Part shown: positions 1 through 8,450 of the stretch, piece by piece
How the letters are laid out: every line of letters begins with the position of its first letter
How positions within the stretch are numbered: position 1 is the first letter of the stretch
Assembly (NCBI GenBank): GCA_023256385.1
Contig: JAGDXL010000015.1
Span: 9,685 to 53,905, forward strand
Reading direction: 5' to 3'
DNA: 44,221 nucleotides
Source: Nitrososphaerales archaeon
GTDB lineage: Archaea; Thermoproteota; Nitrososphaeria; Conexivisphaerales; Conexivisphaeraceae
Position numbers and translations under genes: made by a program
Notes under the pieces: generated by a model
What the model was told of the DNA's origin: nothing
Seen by the model: the letters and a program-made list of their open reading frames with translations, nothing else
Databases searched by the model: none

Positions 1-187
1 TGGAGTGCACATGCTCGTCCACCGCCCCCGGCAGAACGAGCATCCCCCTCGCGTCCAGCACCTCTGCGCCATCCGCAACTATTCTGCGACCGAGCGCCAC
101 CACGAGACCGTCCCTCACGAGGACGTCGGCTTCGAGGATCCCCTGTCCCGTGACCACGCGCCCTCCTCTGACGAGGAGTTCTCCCAC
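1..187 (-). CDS. Cyclic amidohydrolase (allantoinase/dihydropyrimidinase/dihydroorotase family), N-terminal part; runs off the window edge
   Basis: Not in the ORF track. Manual translation from GTG at 187: MGELLVRGGRVVTGQGILEADVLVRDGLVVALGRRIVADGAEVLDARGMLVLPGAVDEHVHS, which has the typical N-terminal beta domain and the PGxxDxHxH metal motif. Lies directly downstream of the NCS1 permease. Confidence 0.85.
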   Translation of the reverse strand, partial: MGELLVRGGRVVTGQGILEADVLVRDGLVVALGRRIVADGAEVLDARGMLVLPGAVDEHVHS

Positions 188-212
188 GCCGTCGGTATGG
201 ATGCCAAATATA

Positions 213-1517
213 TTAGTGCGATCCCTCGGGATCGCTTCCCGCTGCGCGGTCGAGCAGCAGGTACGCGGCAATCGCGACCGCGAAGGATACGAAGTAGCTG
301 AGGTCCGCTCCACCCAGGGCGGCGGCGACAGGTCCCACGTACTGTATCCCGTACGGAGTCAGGTTCATGAACGGGGTCGAGGCCGCCATCCCCAGGACGT
401 ACGAGATTATCGCCTCGCGAGCGCCGCCGCGCCTCCTCGCGTACACCGCGGCGATCAGCACGCCGGCCCACGGCATTATCCAGTAGTCCAGCAGGAGTAG
501 GAACCCCTCGTAGAAGGAGGTGAATGAGACGTACACTCCCCCGAGGACGGAGAGGCCGTACCCTATGACCGCGCCCGCTGCGGCCGCGTAGATGCGCCTG
601 AACCTTGCGCTGATCGCCTGCGCCGATACGGAGTTGGAGTACAGGTTCAGCGCGTTCGCGGCGAGGCCTCCCAGGAATATCGCTATCATGACGGCCGGCG
701 CCCACGCCCTGCCCACCACGTCCACCGTGGCGCTCATCATGTCCAGTGACGGATTGCCGGCCGCCACGTAGATCGCGGTGCCTATGAGCTCTATCCACGC
801 GCTCGCCACTGCGCCGCCGACCATCGCGTACATCGCAATCCTCCACCTGCTGGTTCCCTCGGGTAGATAGCGCGAGTAGTCGCTGGCGTACGGCGCCCAG
901 CTCGCCAGATAGGAGAACACGGCGGCGATGGCGATGGCTGCCACGAAAGGGCTGGGCGCTGCCTGGTAGTGCGGAAGCGCCGCGTCGGCGGCACGGACAG
1001 CCGCATACGAGAGTACAACGAACATTGCACCGAGCACCACGGACATAGCGCGCTCGAACCCATGGACTGCGTCGTGTCCGTAGATCCCGACGACGGCCAT
1101 CACCGCGACGGTCACCAGCGCCCCCGCCCAGTAGGGTATGTCGAGTATCTGGAGGAGCGCGAGCGTGGCTATCACCGTGTTCACGGAGAACCATCCTATG
1201 GTCGACAGCCACTGTGCGGTCGCGAACGCCCTGTTGGCTATCCGCCCGAACACCCTCTCCGATATCGCCATCTGCGGGAGCCCGAACCTGGGGCCCATGG
1301 CGGCCGCCGCCCCGAGGAGCGCGCCCGCCGCCACGTTGACGCCCACGATTATCGAGTATATCCACGGAAGCGGGAGCCCGTAGAGGACTGATCCCAGGGC
1401 GTAGTCAGCTATGGTTAAGTTCGATGCGAACCACAGTATGAAAACGCTGAGGGGCCTGCCGTGCCTCTCCGCGTCCTCCACGTGCTCGACGCCCTTCCTC
1501 TCGGGCCCGCGCCTCAT
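213..1517 (-). CDS. NCS1-family (purine/cytosine permease-like) nucleobase:cation symporter
   Basis: 434 aa, hydrophobic throughout. Contains WFASNL, GPRFGLPQMAIS..FG, GWFSVNT and SWAPYASDYSRYLP, all typical of cytosine permeases. Confidence 0.88.
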   Translation of the reverse strand: MRRGPERKGVEHVEDAERHGRPLSVFILWFASNLTIADYALGSVLYGLPLPWIYSIIVGVNVAAGALLGAAAAMGPRFGLPQMAISERVFGRIANRAFATAQWLSTIGWFSVNTVIATLALLQILDIPYWAGALVTVAVMAVVGIYGHDAVHGFERAMSVVLGAMFVVLSYAAVRAADAALPHYQAAPSPFVAAIAIAAVFSYLASWAPYASDYSRYLPEGTSRWRIAMYAMVGGAVASAWIELIGTAIYVAAGNPSLDMMSATVDVVGRAWAPAVMIAIFLGGLAANALNLYSNSVSAQAISARFRRIYAAAAGAVIGYGLSVLGGVYVSFTSFYEGFLLLLDYWIMPWAGVLIAAVYARRRGGAREAIISYVLGMAASTPFMNLTPYGIQYVGPVAAALGGADLSYFVSFAVAIAAYLLLDRAAGSDPEGSH

Positions 1518-1574
1518 GGTGGAACAGCTGTTTCAATAATAACACTTAAACGTTGCGCACATCTGTTCCACAAT
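1518..1574. promoter_or_regulatory. Divergent promoter with two palindromic operator-like boxes
   Basis: 57-bp spacer. Central CTTAAA (TTTAAG on the minus strand) at 1545-1550 lies about 25 nt from both ATGs. Near-palindrome TGGAACAGCTGTTTCA at 1520-1535 and related GCGCACATCTGTTCCA at 1555-1570. Confidence 0.55.
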
Positions 1575-2534
1575 ATGCCCCGCAGGCCCTCCGGGATCAA
1601 CGACCTGGATCTCACAATATATGGCCACATAGCCGAGGGCGGCGAGCTCACGCTCAGCGAGATCTCAAGGCTGAGCGGGAGGAGCAAGGGCGTGATCTTC
1701 AGGCATCTCAGGAAGCTCTCTGCGCTGGGGGTGATCGAGATCAGGGAGGTGGGGGGCGTCCTGCTCGCGTCCCCTTCGCGCTCGCCCAGGCGCGTCGTGG
1801 CGATGGGGATCATGAGGGCCGCCGAGTATCCCTACGTGCTCGGCATCCTCAGGGGGCTGAGGGACATCTACGGCCCCGTTCGCGTGCTCGTCTACGAGGA
1901 CGCCTGGAGGGAGGCGCAGGATCTGCTCTCCGGCAGGATACAGCTGGCCATGGTCCCAGCGCTGACGGCGCTCGTCGCCAATAGATTGGGCGGTGGGAGG
2001 GTCCAGATAATCGGGGGAGGGAGCGGCGGCGGCATGGGGGTGGTGCGCGGAACCGGGGGATCCGGCCACGCAGTTGTCCGCACGTCCAACACGGAGCTCT
2101 GCGCGGAGCGCCTCGGCCTCGAGGGTCCCAGGTCCTACTTCGGCGGTCCAGGCGACATCCTCGGGGCGCTCGTGTCCGGGAGGGTACATGAGGGAGTCCT
2201 CTGGGAGCCCTATCTATCCATGGCGTCGGCCTCAGGCCTTCGCGTTGAGCAGTGCGAGATAGAGCACTGCTGCCTGCTCTCAGCCAACTCCGGCGTAGCT
2301 GATCAATACGGGAAGATCTCGCGCATAGCCGCGGCCGCCATATCCTCCGCGCGGTCCGCTGACCTGCAGGCGTACGCCAAGCTCGTGGATCTCCCAGTCC
2401 AGCTCGTGGAATCATCGATCCATGGATACAGCTTCCACGAGGCACCCGACGTCGCGTATCTGGAGAGGATGCTGGACGCCGCCAGAAGGGCGTTGCTCCC
2501 CGGCTCTTCCGTGCGCGATGCTGTGGTCGCATAG
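1575..2534 (+). CDS. Winged-HTH transcriptional regulator fused to a substrate-binding-protein-like domain
   Basis: ATG at 1575 chosen from TATA spacing. N-terminal LTLSEISRLSGRSKGVIFRHLRKLSALGVI is a wHTH. The C-terminal part (AQDLLSGRIQLAM, LVSGRVHEGVLWEPY) resembles type II periplasmic-binding domains of the SsuA/NMT1 kind. Confidence 0.7.
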   Translation: MPRRPSGINDLDLTIYGHIAEGGELTLSEISRLSGRSKGVIFRHLRKLSALGVIEIREVGGVLLASPSRSPRRVVAMGIMRAAEYPYVLGILRGLRDIYGPVRVLVYEDAWREAQDLLSGRIQLAMVPALTALVANRLGGGRVQIIGGGSGGGMGVVRGTGGSGHAVVRTSNTELCAERLGLEGPRSYFGGPGDILGALVSGRVHEGVLWEPYLSMASASGLRVEQCEIEHCCLLSANSGVADQYGKISRIAAAAISSARSADLQAYAKLVDLPVQLVESSIHGYSFHEAPDVAYLERMLDAARRALLPGSSVRDAVVA

Positions 2535-2638
2535 AGGCTTCTTGGATCCTGAGGAATCGGCAGGCGCAATTTCCGGGAAAGGAGCTGGGCAACTTTCTCC
2601 AACGCTTTATAGCGGAGTTCCGGGATCATGTGCATGTG

Positions 2639-3592
2639 ATGCCAACGTTGACCTTGGGGCCGAGTTTCCTCACATATGTATGTGGCGCGGCGGCACAGGT
2701 GGCCCCCGCCCCTGTTGCCCCATCCTCCATCGCCTATGGAACGAAGATTCAGGGCGGTGGGTCGGGAAGCTCCTATGTCTCCAGCGGAGAAGCTGTCCGC
2801 AATTCGCGCCGCGCTGCTCGCGGCGCGGTCGGGCGCCTGGAGGATAGGGTCGCGCTCGTCACCGGTGCCACGAGGGGAATAGGCAGGGCCGTGGCCGAGG
2901 CCCTCGCGTCGGAGGGCGCCAAGGTGGCCGTCAACTACCGTGGAAACAGGGCCGTGGCCGAGGAGCTCGCCTCCAGAATAGGTGGGATCGCCGTCGGCGC
3001 TGACGTCTCTCGCCGCGACGAGGTCAGGTCCATGGTCAGGAAGGTGGAGTCCGAGCTGGGACCCATCTCGGTGCTGGTGAACAACGCGGGCATCATGGAG
3101 ATGATGTCCGTCGAGGAGTTCGACGAAGCATCGTTCAGGAGGATGATGGACGTGAACCTGATGGGCACGATATACACGACGCTGGAGGCTCTCGAGGACC
3201 TGAAGTCTACGCACGGCGTCGTCGTCAACGTCGCATCCAACGCGGGGATAGGCACCGCGATTCCGGGATCCACGTTCTACGCCGTGAGCAAGGCAGCCGT
3301 CATGACACTCACGAGGAGGCTAGCATTCGAGCTGGCGCCGCACGGCATCAGGGTCAACGCCGTGGCCCCCGGATGGGTCGAGACCGATATGACCGTGGGC
3401 GGGAGATCCCCCGAGGACGCGGAGGCCGTGAGGTCGTTCTTCAGGTCCAGGTCCATGCTCAGGATGACTGGCGCGCCCGAGCACATAGCGTCGGCTGTAC
3501 TTTTCCTCGCCTCCCCCGAGTCCGCGTACATGACCGGCCAGGTGCTCGTCGTGGACGGGGGAAGGATCGACTACCTGACACATGGAATCTGA
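2639..3592 (+). CDS. Short-chain dehydrogenase/reductase (FabG-like SDR); start uncertain
   Basis: TGATRGIG Rossmann motif, NNAG, catalytic YAVSK, RVNAVAPG and GQVLVVDGG. Confidence 0.9.
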   Translation: MPTLTLGPSFLTYVCGAAAQVAPAPVAPSSIAYGTKIQGGGSGSSYVSSGEAVRNSRRAARGAVGRLEDRVALVTGATRGIGRAVAEALASEGAKVAVNYRGNRAVAEELASRIGGIAVGADVSRRDEVRSMVRKVESELGPISVLVNNAGIMEMMSVEEFDEASFRRMMDVNLMGTIYTTLEALEDLKSTHGVVVNVASNAGIGTAIPGSTFYAVSKAAVMTLTRRLAFELAPHGIRVNAVAPGWVETDMTVGGRSPEDAEAVRSFFRSRSMLRMTGAPEHIASAVLFLASPESAYMTGQVLVVDGGRIDYLTHGI

Positions 3593-3594
3593 GT

Positions 3595-3735
3595 TCACGC
3601 CAGGTGCGCCTGCGACTCCTCCCCCGCCCTCCCCTCGTAGCGCCTGTCGAGGAGCTCCCTGAGCTTCCTCGCCCTCTTCTCCCCGATCACCTTGGCGAGC
3701 ATTCCCTCGGGCGCGGAGAAGACCGTGATATTCAT
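3595..3735 (-). pseudogene. Probable 3' relic of an XPF/ERCC4 (Hef-type) nuclease, C-terminal HhH only
   Basis: TVFSAPEGMLAKVIGEKRARKLRELLDRRY resembles the second HhH and terminal helix of archaeal XPF. No nuclease domain is encoded upstream. Confidence 0.5.
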
Positions 3736-3768
3736 GGATGGGCCCGGCTCCTCGACGAGCGCCGGATT

Positions 3769-3927
3769 GGGTTGTGGGGCCGCCCCGCCGTCTAGTATTA
3801 ATTTAATAATATACATGCTAACTTGAAAAGATTTTGATTGAGTCGGGGGCAAGCGATGTAAATGGATGGACTGCTTTGAAACAGATTTTATTTATACGTC
3901 GAAGGGTAATCAAAGAACTAATAAATA
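3769..3927 (+). repeat. Dispersed ~160-bp non-coding element, copy A, ending in a BRE/TATA
   Basis: Colinear with 19972-20129 over its whole length (see findings). Confidence 0.75.
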
Positions 3928-3950
3928 CACGCCGGCCCGGGCCGGCATGT

Positions 3951-4451
3951 TTGACCGAACGGCGCCTCGTGACATGGGAGGAATTTGGACGGCTCGCCGA
4001 ATCCCTCACTGACTCCATAGTGAGGGGTGGCAGGAGGCATGAGCTCGTGATAGGAATACTCAGGGGAGGTTGTCCGCTGGCCCTCATGGTAGCGGACAGG
4101 CTGGGCGCACGTGTGGATTTCCTGAACATCAAGTCCTATTCCGGAATTGGTGAGAGGAGCTCGCCGACGGTCCTATCCACGATCACAGAGGACGCGGCCG
4201 GAAAAGATGTGATAATAGTAGACGATCTCGTGGACGAGGGTGCCACCATGTCATTCGCGGTCGACTTCATAGGAGACCGTTACTCTCCCAAGTCCGTGGA
4301 GACCGCTGCCCTCTTCGTGAAACCTTGGAGTAAGTTTATACCGAGCTATCATCTGGGGGTGGTCAGAGAATGGGTGATATTCCCCTGGGAACTGTGCGAG
4401 TTCGGAACGGAGGGATGCAAGTCGGGGGTCGTGCGGGCTCGATCGACATAG
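3951..4451 (+). CDS. Purine phosphoribosyltransferase (type I PRTase, Gpt/Hpt-like)
   Basis: GILRGG, PRPP-binding VIIVDDLVDEGAT and C-terminal WVIFPWE. TTG at 3951 is 23 nt after the TATA box. Confidence 0.85.
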   Translation: MTERRLVTWEEFGRLAESLTDSIVRGGRRHELVIGILRGGCPLALMVADRLGARVDFLNIKSYSGIGERSSPTVLSTITEDAAGKDVIIVDDLVDEGATMSFAVDFIGDRYSPKSVETAALFVKPWSKFIPSYHLGVVREWVIFPWELCEFGTEGCKSGVVRARST

Positions 4452-4702
4452 GGACCGATGACAAGAGGCTCCTCGAGTATCTGATGATGAACTGGAGGAT
4501 GAGCCTCCTCAACGCATATCTGAACGGCGGGCTCGATAAATATGAGGAGCTGGCGCGCGCGATAAACAGGTGCTCCGTGATAATGGACGTGCTCAGGGAC
4601 GAATCAAACGCCACACCTCAGATAGTCCTAGCTGAGCAGCTGTCCAGGCTGGCCTCCGAGCTCGGTGATATCGTGGGTGAGGACGAGGACGAAGCCGAGT
4701 GA
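4415..4702 (+). CDS. Hypothetical small helical protein with acidic tail
   Basis: ORF with host-like codon use that overlaps the PRTase 3' end. ATG 4415 is preceded by GGAGGG. No recognised motif. Confidence 0.55.
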   Translation: MQVGGRAGSIDIGTDDKRLLEYLMMNWRMSLLNAYLNGGLDKYEELARAINRCSVIMDVLRDESNATPQIVLAEQLSRLASELGDIVGEDEDEAE

Positions 4703-4827
4703 CGCCCCAGAAAGCGCTCGCGCCATGGCCCCATCGGATTCGCAATAAAAGGATATAAAGAGCCGTTTGGGACGGTCCAACTTGCTAGTTATGTGTTATA
4801 GGTATTCATGCTTTGGGGTGAGCTAGG

Positions 4828-5085
4828 TTGACCGATCAGAAGCCCAAGATACAGATCAAGCCCTCCGAGCACGTGCTTGTGCCCAAGCATGAGATCGTGG
4901 GGGAGGATGAGCGCAGGACCATTCTTGAGAGATACGGCATAAGGCCGGACCAGCTTCCCTACATATTGTCCTCAGATCCCGCTGCCAAGGAGATAGGGGC
5001 GCAGCCCGGGGACATAGTTAAGGTGACGCGCAGGAGCCAGACCGCCGGTGTATCCATATACTACCGGTACGTGGTGGAGGGGTGA
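4828..5085 (+). CDS. rpoH: RNA polymerase subunit Rpo5 (H)
   Basis: HVLVPKHEI...QLPYILSSDPAAKEIGAQPGDIVKVTRRSQTAG..YYRYVV. First gene of the RNAP operon; TATA near 4753 and SD GGGGTGA. Confidence 0.97.
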   Translation: MTDQKPKIQIKPSEHVLVPKHEIVGEDERRTILERYGIRPDQLPYILSSDPAAKEIGAQPGDIVKVTRRSQTAGVSIYYRYVVEG

Positions 5086-8000
5086 AGTTGAGGAACTCCT
5101 CCGCCGCGGAGTTGTTCGATGGATGGCCCGTCGTCGAGGAGATACTTAAGGCAGAGGGCGTCGCGAGGCAGCACCTGAACTCGTATAACGACTTCATAGA
5201 TCGCGGTCTTCAGGCAATAATAGATGAGATAGGCGGCTTCGACGTGGAGACGCCCACCGGCACCTATCACGTCAAGTTCGGAAAGGTCGAAGTGGGCAGG
5301 CCGCAGGTTACAGAGATAGACGGTTCCACGAGCTACATAACGCCGATGGAGGCTAGGCTCAGGAACTTGACCTACGCGGCGCCCATCTACCTAGAGTTCA
5401 TGGTGGAGGACCCGAAGGCGCCCGGCGGCTACATGAAGCAGTCGTTCGTGATAGGTTACCTTCCGGTCATGGTCCGCTCCAAGATCTGCGCGCTGAACGG
5501 CCTCTCCCGCGAGGAGTTAATATCGCTGGGAGAGGATCCCGAGGACCCCGGAGGGTACTTCATAGTCAATGGATCGGAGAGGGTGATAGTAGGTCTCGAG
5601 GATCTCTCACCCAATATGATCTTCGCCACAAAGGAGAAGACGGGGGTCACCGAGACCTACAAGGCTATAGTTCACTCATCAATAGTGGGATTCCGCTCCA
5701 GGGTGGAGCTGGTCCTCAAGGGGGACGGCGGCATCTACGCCAAGATACCCCTCTCACCTGTGGAGATACCGTTCGTGGTCCTCATAAAGGCGCTCGGGGT
5801 CGAGAACGACCGCGAGATAGCCGACATGGTATCGACCAGGCCGGAGCTGCAGGAGCTGCTCGAGATCTCCTTTGAGAAGGCGCTGGACGTGAGGACCCAG
5901 AAGGACGCCCTCGTCTACATAGGCAACAGGGTTGCCCATGGCATGAGCGAGAGCATGAGGGTCAAGAGGGCCGAGACCCTCCTGGACATACACCTGCTTC
6001 CTCACCTGGGAAGGAAGGAGGGCAGGTATGACAAGGCGCTATATCTGGCTGAGGCCGCCAACAAGCTTCTGGAGCTCAAGATGGGATGGATAGAGGAGGA
6101 CGATCGCGATCACTATGGGAACAAGATGGTGAAGCTGGCTGGCGAGCTGCTCGCCGACCTCTTCAGGACTGCCTTCAGGAACCTGATCAAGGACATGCGG
6201 TATCAGCTATCGAGGATAGGGCAGCGCAGGGGCATAGGCGCGGTGGGTGCCGTCATAAAGCTCGGCATAGTAACGGATAAGCTGAGCAGCGCTCTTGCTA
6301 CCGGGAACTGGGGCAAGGGCAGCGTGGGAATAACGCAGCTACTTGACAGGACTAACTATCTCTCAACCCTGAGCCATCTCAGGCGCGTCCAGTCGCCCCT
6401 GAGCAGGAGCCAGCCCAACTTCGATGCCAGGGAGCTTCACCCGACGCAGTTCGGCAGGATGTGTCCCGTGGAGACTCCCGAGGGCTCGAACTGTGGTCTG
6501 GTCAAGAATCTAGCGCTCTACGCTGTAATATCGGTCAACGTGCCGGAGCAGGACGTGCTGGACTTCCTCTACAGCTCAGGTGTGGCGCCCGTTGGATCTG
6601 CCGAGGCCTCAGAGGAACCCATGGCGAAGGTTATAGTGAATGGACGGGTCGTCGGCTACGCGCGGGACCCCGAGAAGCTCGTGAATATCGTCAGGAGGGC
6701 GAGGCGGAGGGGGGAGGTAAGCCCCGATGTCAGCGTGTACTACTACAGGCCCTTGGACCCCAGGGCGACGCTTCGCATATTTCTGCACACCCACGCCGGG
6801 AGGGTCCTGCGTCCGCTGGTGCTCGTCGAGAACGGGAAACCTAAGCTCACGCGTGAACATGTGGAGAAGCTGAGGCGCGGTGAGATAGCGTGGCGTGATC
6901 TTCTGAGGATGGGGGTCCTTGAGCTCCTGGACGCGAATGAGGAGGAGAACGCCTACGTGGCGCTCAAGCCGGAGGATCTCACTCCGGAGCACACACACCT
7001 GGAGCTCTACCCACCCGCCATGCTGGGGGTGGTGGCGTCGATAGTGCCATATCCGGAGCACAATCAGTCCCCCAGGAACACGTATGAGACGGCGATGGGC
7101 AAACAGGCCCTCGGGTTCCCGCACACGAACTATTTCCTGACGCTGTACTCAAGGCAGCACCTGCTTGTCTATCCCCAGAAACCGCTCGTCAGGACTAAGA
7201 TAATGGATCTGATTGGACTCGACAGGCATCCACTGGGCCAGAACGCGGTCGTGGCGGTCCTCTCGTTCGAGGGATACAACATAGAGGATGCAATAGTCAT
7301 GAACAGGGCATCCATAGAGAGGGGTCTGGGCCGCTCGTTCTTCTACAGGACATATGAGGCAGTCGCGCAGCAGTATCCAGGAGGCAGCAAGGACAAATTC
7401 GAGGCGCCGAGGCCGGAGGACAACGTGAGGGGCTACAGGGGCGAGAAGTACTACAGGCTACTCGAGCCGGATGGCGCCGTCATGGCTGAGGCCGAGGTAT
7501 CCGGCGGTGATGTGTTGGTCGGCAAGACCAGCCCACCGAGGTTCATAGAGGAGTATCGCGAGGCGGAGGCCAGGGGCCTCTACAGGAGGGACTCATCGAT
7601 AGCTTTGAGGCCAAGCGAGAAGGGCGTGGTCGACACGGTGATACTGACGCAGACCGTGGAGGGCTATCGCACCTTCAGGATCAGGGTCAGGGATCAGAGG
7701 ATACCAGAGCTCGGGGACAAATTCGCGTCTAGGCACGGCCAGAAGGGTGTCGTGGGCATGATAGTGGATCCTGAGGATATGCCCTACACTGAGGACGGGG
7801 TGATACCCGACATAATAGTCAATCCGCACGCGTTCCCGTCTAGGATGACGGTGGGCCAGTTCCTAGAGTCGATAGCCGGGAAGGCCGCCGCCCTCAGGGG
7901 TAAGCCCGCGGACGCGAGCGCCTTCTCCGGGGAACCCGTGGATGACTTGAGGAAGGAGCTGATAGCGCGCGGCTTCAAGCCGACCGGAAAGGAAGTGATG

Positions 8001-8450
8001 TACGATGGAAGGACTGGGAGGAAGTTCGAGGCTGAGATATTCATCGGCGTTGTCTACTACCAGAAGCTTCATCACATGGTGGCCGACAAGATCCACGCTC
8101 GCGCCCGTGGCCAGGTGCAGATGCTCACCAAACAGCCCACCGAGGGGCGTGCCCGTGGAGGCGGACTGCGGTTCGGCGAGATGGAGAGGGACTGCCTGAT
8201 AGCCTACGGAGCCTCGATGCTCCTGCGCGATCGTCTCCTAGAGGAGTCGGACAAGACCGAGGTCTACGTGTGCGAACGCTGCGGCTACATAGCCTACTAC
8301 GACAGGAGGCAGCAGAAGCTCGTCTGCAGGGTCTGCGGTGAGAACGCCAAGATATCAAAGGTCACCGTGGCATATGCGTTCAAGCTCCTCCTTCAGGAGA
8401 TAATGAGCCTGGGGATCGCGCCCAGGCTGCAGCTGGGAGGTAGAGCCTGA
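5082..8450 (+). CDS. rpoB: RNA polymerase subunit Rpo2 (B), unsplit
   Basis: GGYFIVNGSERV, CPVETPEG, GDKFASRHGQKG, GGLRFGEMERD and a C-terminal Zn site. Confidence 0.99.
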   Translation: MKLRNSSAAELFDGWPVVEEILKAEGVARQHLNSYNDFIDRGLQAIIDEIGGFDVETPTGTYHVKFGKVEVGRPQVTEIDGSTSYITPMEARLRNLTYAAPIYLEFMVEDPKAPGGYMKQSFVIGYLPVMVRSKICALNGLSREELISLGEDPEDPGGYFIVNGSERVIVGLEDLSPNMIFATKEKTGVTETYKAIVHSSIVGFRSRVELVLKGDGGIYAKIPLSPVEIPFVVLIKALGVENDREIADMVSTRPELQELLEISFEKALDVRTQKDALVYIGNRVAHGMSESMRVKRAETLLDIHLLPHLGRKEGRYDKALYLAEAANKLLELKMGWIEEDDRDHYGNKMVKLAGELLADLFRTAFRNLIKDMRYQLSRIGQRRGIGAVGAVIKLGIVTDKLSSALATGNWGKGSVGITQLLDRTNYLSTLSHLRRVQSPLSRSQPNFDARELHPTQFGRMCPVETPEGSNCGLVKNLALYAVISVNVPEQDVLDFLYSSGVAPVGSAEASEEPMAKVIVNGRVVGYARDPEKLVNIVRRARRRGEVSPDVSVYYYRPLDPRATLRIFLHTHAGRVLRPLVLVENGKPKLTREHVEKLRRGEIAWRDLLRMGVLELLDANEEENAYVALKPEDLTPEHTHLELYPPAMLGVVASIVPYPEHNQSPRNTYETAMGKQALGFPHTNYFLTLYSRQHLLVYPQKPLVRTKIMDLIGLDRHPLGQNAVVAVLSFEGYNIEDAIVMNRASIERGLGRSFFYRTYEAVAQQYPGGSKDKFEAPRPEDNVRGYRGEKYYRLLEPDGAVMAEAEVSGGDVLVGKTSPPRFIEEYREAEARGLYRRDSSIALRPSEKGVVDTVILTQTVEGYRTFRIRVRDQRIPELGDKFASRHGQKGVVGMIVDPEDMPYTEDGVIPDIIVNPHAFPSRMTVGQFLESIAGKAAALRGKPADASAFSGEPVDDLRKELIARGFKPTGKEVMYDGRTGRKFEAEIFIGVVYYQKLHHMVADKIHARARGQVQMLTKQPTEGRARGGGLRFGEMERDCLIAYGASMLLRDRLLEESDKTEVYVCERCGYIAYYDRRQQKLVCRVCGENAKISKVTVAYAFKLLLQEIMSLGIAPRLQLGGRA

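Noticed and set aside
3820-3890. TTGAAAAG and TTGAAAC as degenerate CRISPR repeat ends
   Set aside because: Only two short matches about 53 nt apart, with no full repeat or array periodicity. No CRISPR array or cas gene is in the window.
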